The notes below the pieces were generated by a model. It searched no databases. It was not told where the DNA came from and saw nothing but the letters and a program-made list of their open reading frames with translations. Below, in pieces: positions 9,922 through 17,158 of a DNA stretch of 43,877 bases. Each line of letters opens with the position of its first letter. The first letter of the stretch is position 1. The stretch comes from a virus (Duplodnaviria > Caudoviricetes). The translations under genes were made by a program, and so were the position numbers. The stretch is taken from the IMG/VR virus record IMGVR_UViG_3300032074_000007, positions 1 to 43,877 of that record. One strand, given 5' to 3'.

Positions 9922-10700
9922 CTAGTCGTCATCCCCCTGGCCGAAGTCCATCTCGGCCCTCCGTTGTGCAGCCAGGAGCTTCTCGGCCTTACGTTGCTCG
10001 GTAGGGGCGACCAGGTTGATCGTCGTACCGGGGAGAGAGTTCTTGTCCTCGCTAGAGACTGCCTTTATGTAGCAGCCCTGACAGAAATGCTCTTCTGCCT
10101 CGTACGCGAACCTGTTCTCTTCCCACTCCCATTGTGCTGTCCCGCACAACGAACACACCTCTCCCTCGAATAACAGGGTGGCAAGGTGTTTGGCTCGGGA
10201 TTCCTGCGACCAGGAAAGCCAGTCGTCATGCGGTATGCCCTTTTCGACGCAGTACCGCATGACGAGTCTGAACTCGGGATCGTTCCTCAGTCGCTCTTTG
10301 TAAAAGGGACCTGCATGCCCTCCATGCAGAGGTTGGAGCAGGTGTCGAAGAGCTGGTTCAGCTCACCCGTGCTCCAGAACTCCGACTCCCAGATCTCCCG
10401 AGCGTCATCGAGAGAGAGCTTCGGCTCCACCGAGCAGGCCGCGACCAGAGCAGGGGCGAAGGTGTTCGGGTTGAATGCGAACCCCCGCGCCCGCTGCTCG
10501 GTCGTCGGCTTGTGCTTGGTCTGAAGCTTGTCTAGCTCGTGAGCTGAAATGGCCTCGAAGGTCATCTGCACCTCTTCACCCGACACATCGATTGCGATGG
10601 TCTTGCGACGAGGCCGCTTTCCCTTGAGCTTGTCCAGCAGGGACTGCTTGTCATTCTCACTCTGCTTCTGACGAGCAGCGGTGATCTTCACTTCGGACAT
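9922..10700 (-). CDS. Tail assembly chaperone, long (-1 frameshift) form
   Basis: A -1 shift at C-CCT-TTT gives ...VPFYKERLRNDPEFRLVMRYCVEKG..., open and in frame with ORF 9922..10260; classic position between major tail and tape measure. Confidence 0.85.
10287..10700 (-). CDS. Tail assembly chaperone, short form
   Basis: Start moved to ATG 10700 (MSEVKIT..., GAGGAG RBS); 137 aa ending VPFTKSD. Confidence 0.85.
   Translation of the reverse strand: MSEVKITAARQKQSENDKQSLLDKLKGKRPRRKTIAIDVSGEEVQMTFEAISAHELDKLQTKHKPTTEQRARGFAFNPNTFAPALVAACSVEPKLSLDDAREIWESEFWSTGELNQLFDTCSNLCMEGMQVPFTKSD
10302..10308 (-). other. Programmed -1 ribosomal frameshift slippery site CCCTTTT
   Basis: X-XXY-YYZ heptamer in the correct phase, a few codons before the stop of the short chaperone. 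Confidence 0.85.
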
Positions 10701-10741
10701 TCTGTTGTTCTCCTCTGGGCGGTGAGGGTGGGTACTGCTGA

Positions 10742-11221
10742 TTACGCGACGGTTGCAGCCTCGACCGGGACCTGCGAGACAGCACAGGTAACCGTGAAGG
10801 TCATGACCGAGTTGTTGCTCATGTTGGCCATCGTGCGGGAAACGACCGTGATCGGCCAGACCTCGACCTTGGTGCCAGTGACGGGAGCCGTGCCGCCCGT
10901 GCCGAAGCGCGACAGGACGAAGAAGCCCTTGGTCTTGCGCGGGAGGGTGACCCACGCCAGGTCGCCAGTGACACCCACGGTGTCGTCACGGTAGAAGTCA
11001 GCGGTGACAGTCGCGGAAACCGTACCGGGGACGCTGGTCTCGAAGAGGTTGTCCAGAGTCGGGGTCGGAACCGTGTTGCCGTTGGTGGAAGCGTTGAACG
11101 AGATGAGGTAGCCGGTGAGGTTCTTACCAGCGGTGATCTCAGCCGTCGAGGGTGATGCGAGGTTCGCCACGGCAGGAAGGAAGCCCACCCAGACGTTCTC
11201 GTTGGGGATAAGGCGAGCCAT
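10742..11221 (-). CDS. Major tail (tube) protein
   Basis: 159 aa; 'VANLASPSTAEITAG', 'ETSVPG', 'KVEVWP' resemble actinophage tail tube proteins; lies before the chaperones. Confidence 0.85.
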   Translation of the reverse strand: MARLIPNENVWVGFLPAVANLASPSTAEITAGKNLTGYLISFNASTNGNTVPTPTLDNLFETSVPGTVSATVTADFYRDDTVGVTGDLAWVTLPRKTKGFFVLSRFGTGGTAPVTGTKVEVWPITVVSRTMANMSNNSVMTFTVTCAVSQVPVEAATVA

Positions 11222-11223
11222 GC

Positions 11224-11424
11224 TCAGTTCTCCTTCGTGAGCGCAGAGCTGGGGAGGTCGACCTCACCCTTCTCCACAGCCTTCTTGACTTCGGTCTCGG
11301 AGGCGACGGTCCATCCTGAATCCAGCCACGTCTCGACAGACTCAGGGACGAACTCCTGAATCGCGCCGGTCTTGCTGTTCTTCAGAACGACATAGCCCCT
11401 GTTGTTCTGCTTGGGTTCAGCCAT
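11224..11424 (-). CDS. Small conserved-type phage protein (66 aa) preceding the major tail protein
   Basis: Coupled to the tail terminator; 'ESVETWLDSGW' motif. Confidence 0.65.
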   Translation of the reverse strand: MAEPKQNNRGYVVLKNSKTGAIQEFVPESVETWLDSGWTVASETEVKKAVEKGEVDLPSSALTKEN

Positions 11425-11882
11425 TACATCTCCTTTGAAACATACAGAACGACGATGTCGGTCTGAGTGAACTCACTTGGTTCAGTGCTGTCGGTGCGCC
11501 CGATAGCTCCGATGGAGTTGACCCTCGCCTGCTGGATCTTCCAGTTGAAATCACCTAGCAGTACTACAGTACGAGCGAGGTCTACGATGACCTTTCGGGC
11601 CTTGTCGGCGTAGAACTCCACCTGCCCCCGGCTCACTCCGTAATACGAGAATGAGTAGGGAACCCGGTACTCCGAATTGGAATCACCGAGAGATCCACTG
11701 GCCTCTTGCGCGGTCTGCGGGTTAAGCACCACGTAGGGCACGTAGGAAGACGTGGGAAGGTTCGGGTCGTCATCCCAGCCGCCATCGCTAGGGGCTGCAC
11801 CATCTCCGACGAGGAGCACCTTGGAAAGCTGGCTGATCAGGTAGTCGGTGAAGTCACCACGGGTGAACGAAGTCTTAGACAT
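11424..11882 (-). CDS. Tail terminator / tail completion protein
   Basis: 152 aa; 'VGDGAAP...PYVVL...Y.G.SR.Q....ADKAR' pattern; position after the HK97 gp10-like gene. Confidence 0.7.
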   Translation of the reverse strand: MSKTSFTRGDFTDYLISQLSKVLLVGDGAAPSDGGWDDDPNLPTSSYVPYVVLNPQTAQEASGSLGDSNSEYRVPYSFSYYGVSRGQVEFYADKARKVIVDLARTVVLLGDFNWKIQQARVNSIGAIGRTDSTEPSEFTQTDIVVLYVSKEM

Positions 11883-12339
11883 TCGCGCTCCCCTTGATCA
11901 GCCGCTTTCCAGCCTCGGCATAGGGGACACCGAGAGGGGTCAGAACCTCGTATGCAGCGGGGCGCATGTAGGGCTGGGCACGCTGACCCTTGGGCTTCTG
12001 CAGCACCACCCACTGGCCCTTCTGCTTGAACATCATGGTGTTGTTCTTACCGGGCTTAAGCTCAGCCATCTCGCCACGGGAGCCAGTGCCGTACTCCACG
12101 TAGTAGGCGTACTCCACACCTACCGGGCCGACAGTGACTCGACCGGGCTCAGAGATGACGCGGATGGACTCTTTGAGTCGGCCAGTGTCCACTGGGACGT
12201 AGGCGCGCATCTTCTCTGCGATCTCCTCGCCCGTCTTCTCCAGGATCTCCTGAGCCTCTTGCTTGATGTCCTGCCCAGCATTGTGCAGCGCCTGGACTAG
12301 AGAGCCCAGGTCGCTACGTGCAGCAGGACCCATCACCAT
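11875..12339 (-). CDS. HK97 gp10-like neck/tail completion protein
   Basis: PVDTGRLKESI, YAYYVEYGT and AQPYMRPA motifs; the start may be ATG 12333. Confidence 0.9.
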   Translation of the reverse strand: MVMGPAARSDLGSLVQALHNAGQDIKQEAQEILEKTGEEIAEKMRAYVPVDTGRLKESIRVISEPGRVTVGPVGVEYAYYVEYGTGSRGEMAELKPGKNNTMMFKQKGQWVVLQKPKGQRAQPYMRPAAYEVLTPLGVPYAEAGKRLIKGSANV

Positions 12340-12749
12340 GAGGACTTCTTCGACTCTCGGACTCGAACCTGGAGCTTGCGGGAAGCTCGCAGCCCACCCC
12401 CGCGAACCACAGAGATAACCTCCACAGTCCTACCGATCAGGTCGGTGTCGTCACTGCGGGTGATCTCTACTACGTCGTCCGACTCTGGGATGGGCGCGTT
12501 ATAGGGAAGTGAGAGGTAGGACTGGGTCATCGTGATCTGCTCGTCACCGACGAGGATCTGTTGACCGGCCTGCACCTCCCAGAAGCGGCAGGGGCCTTCG
12601 TACTTGACCTCTAGCACCTGACGGCTGGACTTACCGGTGTTCTTGTCCACTACTACTGGACCCGGCTTCCAGATCTTGCAGGCGTCGTCCTGACGCTCCT
12701 TAGCGCGCTTGCGGACGTAGCTGCGACCGAAAGTGCTGATTCCTACCAT
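12333..12749 (-). CDS. Head-to-tail stopper (DUF6093-like)
   Basis: 138 aa; 'DACKI', 'YEGPCR', 'LSLP...DDVVEIT.S.D..L.GR' pattern; position. Confidence 0.75.
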   Translation of the reverse strand: MVGISTFGRSYVRKRAKERQDDACKIWKPGPVVVDKNTGKSSRQVLEVKYEGPCRFWEVQAGQQILVGDEQITMTQSYLSLPYNAPIPESDDVVEITRSDDTDLIGRTVEVISVVRGGGLRASRKLQVRVRESKKSSW

Positions 12750-13219
12750 CGATAGTCACCCCACTGCCAGGGGACACCGCCACCGAGATCACCGAGATCC
12801 TGCTGACCAGCCTCGTAGAAGTCGTGCATGCCCGTACCGAACGCAGGGGGAGTAACAGTCGGATCAGGCTGCTCACCGGCGTTGATGCCGCCCACATCAA
12901 CGAAACCTCCGGTGAGCAGCGTCTCGTGCTGGCGGCGAAGGCGCGCAGCAAGATCCAGATATTTCTGCTGTAGTTCGCTCGTGCTGACCGACTGGCCGTC
13001 AGCGTTCGTGGACACCTCACGAGCGAACTTGGCAGCGATGGACTCAGCGGCCATCGAGGCGGTGTAGAAAACGGAGTTCTTGCCCACCCACACGTCGATG
13101 ATCCACATGATCTCCTGATCGCTCAGGAACCACTCATCAGCCTGCGTATCCCCCACGAGGAAGCGCACGGCATCGACCGGGTTGTTAGCCGGGTCTTCGG
13201 TGTAGGAGTAGGTGGCCAT
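12743..13219 (-). CDS. Head-to-tail adaptor
   Basis: 'YSY..DP......AVRFLVGDT...LSDQEI' N-terminus typical of adaptor proteins. Confidence 0.8.
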   Translation of the reverse strand: MATYSYTEDPANNPVDAVRFLVGDTQADEWFLSDQEIMWIIDVWVGKNSVFYTASMAAESIAAKFAREVSTNADGQSVSTSELQQKYLDLAARLRRQHETLLTGGFVDVGGINAGEQPDPTVTPPAFGTGMHDFYEAGQQDLGDLGGGVPWQWGDYRW

Positions 13220-13515
13220 CAGCGCTTAGCAGCGTCCTTTTCGGCCTTCTCGCGCTCGGAGCGAAGCTTCTTCTTCTCTTCCTCGCGCTCCTTGACGGCA
13301 GCCTCGTGCTCCTTGGCCAGGAGAGCGAGCTGGTCAGCCTGCTTGCGCGGCTTGTTCTGCTCCGTGGACTTGTCGCCCTCGAAGTGAGCGCCCTGCTGGA
13401 CCGCGTTGCTGTCGAGAATCCGCTTCGCCTCGAAGTTGCCATCGGCCAGAGTCTGAGCGACCTCAGACTGCTCCGGGGCAGCGATGGGCTTGGGAGCCGT
13501 GTCCTTGTCCGTCAT
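13219..13515 (-). CDS. Hypothetical protein with charged coiled-coil C-terminus
   Basis: 98 aa, coupled on both sides. Confidence 0.65.
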   Translation of the reverse strand: MTDKDTAPKPIAAPEQSEVAQTLADGNFEAKRILDSNAVQQGAHFEGDKSTEQNKPRKQADQLALLAKEHEAAVKEREEEKKKLRSEREKAEKDAAKR

Positions 13516-14000
13516 TTCTCTTCCTTCTGGGTAGGAGCTGCCGTCTTCTTGGCGGCAGCCTTCTTGGTGGCGGGTCGGTTAACAGCCTCCGGAGGACGCT
13601 GCGCTCGGGTGTCACCGTCTCGGGCCTCACGCATGAGGTTGCTACGGTTACGGATGGTCTCGTAGACCTGCTCCTGATCAGCAGCCTGCTGCTCTGCCTC
13701 TATGACGACCTCAGGGACGATGCCGTCCTGATACTGCTCGACATCCGGGGTGGGGTCACCAGCGATGAAAGCTTCGACCTCAGCCAGGACGTTGGTCTCT
13801 GAGAAGAGGTGCGGGGGCAGGTAGTCGTAACCATTGCCAGGGGAGTACGGGTGGAGGAGTCCAGCCGAGACCAGAACATCCAGATTGGGAAATTGAGGGG
13901 CCTGCGTCACGACAGTGCCAGCCTCATGCGTGCCGTACTCCGACTGGAAGGTACGACCTGCGATGAAGGCGACACCGGGGAAGCCTTGGTAGTTGACCAT
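13512..14000 (-). CDS. Hypothetical protein with a Lys/Ala-rich tail
   Basis: 162 aa, TAATG-coupled; ends KKAAAKKTAAPTQKEEK. Confidence 0.65.
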   Translation of the reverse strand: MVNYQGFPGVAFIAGRTFQSEYGTHEAGTVVTQAPQFPNLDVLVSAGLLHPYSPGNGYDYLPPHLFSETNVLAEVEAFIAGDPTPDVEQYQDGIVPEVVIEAEQQAADQEQVYETIRNRSNLMREARDGDTRAQRPPEAVNRPATKKAAAKKTAAPTQKEEK

Positions 14001-14260
14001 TACTTAATCACTCCTGCGGATCTAAGGGCGGTTAGAAGAGACATTACGGTCCCTCGCAGGTTCTGCACGTCATCTCGCAGGTTCTGGACCTCAGCCTGTG
14101 AATAGGTCCCCGGAATAGTGCTGGCCACCTTGAGAGCCTTGGCGTCCGTGACAGCCCCACCCTGAACTGGCTGGGTGTCAGAGTCAGCGAGAATCTTGGC
14201 AGCGCCGTGCGGCATGCCATTAGAGAGAAGGTCGCGGTACTTGTCGTTGTTAAAGGTCAT
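14000..14260 (-). CDS. Small head-fibre/decoration-like protein
   Basis: Start moved to ATG 14260 (86 aa, MTFNNDKY...); C-terminal 'LLTALRSAGVI' resembles the trimerisation tip of phage head-fibre proteins. Confidence 0.6.
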   Translation of the reverse strand: MTFNNDKYRDLLSNGMPHGAAKILADSDTQPVQGGAVTDAKALKVASTIPGTYSQAEVQNLRDDVQNLRGTVMSLLTALRSAGVIK

Positions 14261-14261
14261 C

Positions 14262-14783
14262 TCAGCGCTTCTTCCGCTTGTAGTAAGCATCTCCAGCCCT
14301 GCGACCAGCCTGATAGCCAGCAGCAGCGCCACCAGCAGCGATGCTGGCATTTCCCAGCACACCTGCGTAGTTACCGCTGATGAGGTGAGGAACGGCTGCC
14401 GTACCGCCCGCAGCGTTAGCGATGCCGGTAGTGTCTCGCCCGATTGGTCGATCCCGGTGCTTGGAGTTGTAGTGGGACTGGTGAGCGCCGACACCTGCAC
14501 CAGCGGCTCCACTGCCACCGCCGACGAGGGCGAGCTTCTTCCAGCTAACTCGACCACTGGCGAGACCGCGCTTGTCAGCCACCGGGTTCTTTGGGACGAA
14601 GTTCTCCCGAGGCGGCTTACGAGGGCCAGTACGACCGAAGCTCGTTCGCTTACCTTGGTGGAACCGGACCTTGCCTTCGAGGGCGGGTGGTCCCTTAGGC
14701 GCTTCTCCAGGGAGATGCACCAGGGCACTACCTATGCTCTTGGACACGGTTGAGCCGTGGTCCACACCCCAGACGCTGATCAT
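14262..14783 (-). CDS. WGVDHG-leader basic glycine-zipper protein 1 (173 aa)
   Basis: AGGAG RBS; MISVWGVDHGSTVSK leader; Arg/Lys-rich body; Gly/Ala hydrophobic helices; ends YYKRKKR. Confidence 0.8.
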   Translation of the reverse strand: MISVWGVDHGSTVSKSIGSALVHLPGEAPKGPPALEGKVRFHQGKRTSFGRTGPRKPPRENFVPKNPVADKRGLASGRVSWKKLALVGGGSGAAGAGVGAHQSHYNSKHRDRPIGRDTTGIANAAGGTAAVPHLISGNYAGVLGNASIAAGGAAAGYQAGRRAGDAYYKRKKR

Positions 14784-14802
14784 TCTTTCTCCTACTACGA
14801 CG

Positions 14803-14839
14803 AGAGGGGGCTGAGAGCCAGTAGCCCACAGCCCCCTCT
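14803..14839 (-). terminator. Hairpin downstream of the major capsid gene
   Basis: Perfect 11-bp inverted repeat AGAGGGGGCTG/CAGCCCCCTCT, extendable by G-U pairs on the minus strand; no U-tract. Confidence 0.65.
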
Positions 14840-14859
14840 GGGTCTTAATCAGTCAGCGA

Positions 14860-15855
14860 TCAGGCGACCGCGTTGGCGAGGAAGACGCCCACGTCCTTGG
14901 AGATGACGCGCATGTCGTAGGTCATCTCACCCTCGATACGGTCGGAGCGGATGTGCTCCTGACGGAACCGGGAGATCCGGATGCCCTGGCCGTTGCCAGC
15001 GAGGTAACCGTTCCAGGTGAACGTGTAGCCAGCAGCGGGCTGCATGATGCTCGGGCTCGACGGCGTGTAGCAGAGGAGAACCGAGTTCGGGTCGCAGATG
15101 AAGCCGTAGGTGGCAGCAGCGTCCTGGGCGCGAGCGTCCGGAACCTGCGGGCCAGCGGCGACAGTGGCGTAGGAGACCAGAATCTTGTCCACGTCGAAGA
15201 GCGTGGCGAGGAGGTCAGTCCCCACGATGCCCTTCTGGGTGTACTTGATTCGGTCGATGATGCCGGGGTGGTTCTTGAGCGCCTTGAGGACGTTCGCACC
15301 GAGGACCATCGTGTTGGCCTTGAAGCCGGTCTGCTGGATGAAGTTGATCTGCAGGGTAGCGAGCTGCGAGATCGGGTCCGAGGTGGACAGGTGCCACTGG
15401 AGGAACTGGTTACCCGTGGGGGTAGCAGCCACACCCGTGTAGTCCGTGCCCCAGACGCCAGCCTTGAAGAACGTCGCAGCCCAGTCGATGTCCCGCTTCA
15501 GAAGAAGCTGGTTCGTGACGAAGGAGGTCGCGTCCGAGTCGAGGCGGAAGTTGGAGTCCGCGTTCGCACGAAGCTGGTCATCGATGTCCTTGTGGACGCC
15601 GTAGACGTGCGCGAAGTAGGTGTCCGTGTCCACGTTCCAGCCGACACCGGGGGTCTCGGTCGAGGGGGCACGGCGCTTCACGTCCGTCCGACGCCAGTCG
15701 GACTTGCTGTACTTCCAGTACAGATCGCTCTGCTTCTGAACAGCGACGTTCGGGAACACCTTGGTAGCGATAAAGGCGTCAGCCTTCTGGATATACGCGA
15801 CCGAGACGTTCGTGAGCGGCTGATTGATGTGCAGATCGCTCTGGGTGGGGTTCAT
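14860..15855 (-). CDS. Major capsid protein (HK97 fold, lambda E-like family)
   Basis: 331 aa; 'PLTNVSVAY...FIATKVFP.V.V.KQSD.Y..Y' and 'N.MVLG......LK.HP.I.DRIKYT' patterns; AAGGAG RBS; follows scaffold and decoration genes. Confidence 0.9.
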   Translation of the reverse strand: MNPTQSDLHINQPLTNVSVAYIQKADAFIATKVFPNVAVQKQSDLYWKYSKSDWRRTDVKRRAPSTETPGVGWNVDTDTYFAHVYGVHKDIDDQLRANADSNFRLDSDATSFVTNQLLLKRDIDWAATFFKAGVWGTDYTGVAATPTGNQFLQWHLSTSDPISQLATLQINFIQQTGFKANTMVLGANVLKALKNHPGIIDRIKYTQKGIVGTDLLATLFDVDKILVSYATVAAGPQVPDARAQDAAATYGFICDPNSVLLCYTPSSPSIMQPAAGYTFTWNGYLAGNGQGIRISRFRQEHIRSDRIEGEMTYDMRVISKDVGVFLANAVA

Positions 15856-15873
15856 CGTCTCTACTCCTTTCGA

Positions 15874-16284
15874 TCAGCCGTTGAGAAGGAGCAGGACGGG
15901 GACGAGCTGGTTGGCACCAGTGGTGGTTGCCAGCGCGATTCCCTTTGCCTTACCCGCGGCGAGTGGGATGCCTCGGCCAGTTGCATCGGCCTCGACCTTC
16001 TGACCTGCCGTGACAGCAGCGCCACACATGACGTTGGTAACGCCAGCGATAGCGACCGTCGCGGCCTGCCCCGTCACCTGGGGCTTGTTCTGCATGACAC
16101 CGACCGAGTCGTCAGCACCTGCAGTGCTGAGGCCGACCTGGTTTGCACCAGTGACCTTGACGAACCGGTACTGGAAGCCGTAGTTCGGGTTCGCGCTACC
16201 CGGCAGTCCAGGGACGCCCGTGTAGACAGCGAGCGAAGAGTCCGCGTTCAGGGAGATCGACCGGAGGCTCTCGTCGTAGCTCAT
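15874..16284 (-). CDS. Capsid decoration/cement protein (DUF2190-like)
   Basis: 136 aa; 'QYRFVK...GV.QNKP..G.AA.V...G...V..G..V.AG..V..DA.G'. Confidence 0.8.
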   Translation of the reverse strand: MSYDESLRSISLNADSSLAVYTGVPGLPGSANPNYGFQYRFVKVTGANQVGLSTAGADDSVGVMQNKPQVTGQAATVAIAGVTNVMCGAAVTAGQKVEADATGRGIPLAAGKAKGIALATTTGANQLVPVLLLLNG

Positions 16285-16303
16285 TTTCTATCCTCCTTTG
16301 ATC

Positions 16304-17116
16304 TCAGAAACGCTCGGAGAGGTACTCGTCGTACGCCTCCGGGTTGGACATGAAGAAGTCTGCGGTCAGCTCTTCCGTGGAAGCGTCGAAGCCCTTGGAA
16401 ACGGCCTCACTCGCGTAAGCGGAAACCTGGTCGTAGACATCCGAGTTGGAGCCGCCACCGATGTTGCCGGTCTCCATGTAGACAGCCTCACCAGCCGCCT
16501 CCAGGCACTTGGCGATGACCTCGCAGTCCTCGCGGCTGAGGTTCTCCGCAGCGCGCATGAGAACGCCACCCAGAACGTCGTCCTGGAAGGGAAGGCCGTA
16601 GCTCTTGGCGATCTCGGAGTACTCACGGTGCAGGCGAACCTGACGCTCGTGCTCGGCAGCCTGCTGAGCCTTCGAGACCTGCTCGTGCAGAACCTCGATG
16701 GTGCCGAAAGCCTTGGTGATGACCTGGTCACGGTCAGAGTCGCTGAGAGCCTTGGAAAGCTCCGAGCGAAGGTCCTCCACGAAGGAGGGGGACGAAGCGT
16801 TCTTGCGCACCGTCTCATTACGCCGGAAGGGGTTCTCGAAGGACTTGCCGACGAGCTCGGGCTCGCGCTCCTCCTCGAACTCCTCATCGAGGGTGAACTG
16901 GTATGCCTCGCCGTCCGCGTCGTAGACCACGTCGCCGTCGTTGAGGGCATCCAGGTCGAGCGGGTTCCCCTGCTCGTCGTAAATGTCCATCGTTTCCTCC
17001 ATCTCGCCTGATGCACTCTTGGCGATGGTGACTACAGCGTGCTGGTTAGCACCCTTATCGACCAGAGAGATCTCATCGATCTCCAGGCCGCTGATCTGTC
17101 GAGCTTTGCGAGCCAT
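16304..17116 (-). CDS. Scaffold protein whose N-terminus carries a prohead-protease-type EISLVDxxAN strand
   Basis: 270 aa, acidic and helical, ending 'NPEAYDEYLSERF' just before decoration and MCP genes; nine (I/V/L)xK sites; internal GGAGG-N5-ATG at 16990. Confidence 0.8.
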   Translation of the reverse strand: MARKARQISGLEIDEISLVDKGANQHAVVTIAKSASGEMEETMDIYDEQGNPLDLDALNDGDVVYDADGEAYQFTLDEEFEEEREPELVGKSFENPFRRNETVRKNASSPSFVEDLRSELSKALSDSDRDQVITKAFGTIEVLHEQVSKAQQAAEHERQVRLHREYSEIAKSYGLPFQDDVLGGVLMRAAENLSREDCEVIAKCLEAAGEAVYMETGNIGGGSNSDVYDQVSAYASEAVSKGFDASTEELTADFFMSNPEAYDEYLSERF

Positions 17117-17158
17117 CTCATAAACCTCGTTCTTAGTTTGCAGAGGGGTGCAACACCC

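Noticed and set aside
10701-10955. 5' extension of the tail chaperone ORF (222 aa)
   Set aside because: It overlaps the major tail gene, and a good RBS lies before ATG 10700.
14261-14728. 5' extension of ORF 14000..14728 (242 aa)
   Set aside because: It overlaps the WGVDHG gene in another frame; only the 86-aa part from ATG 14260 looks protein-like.
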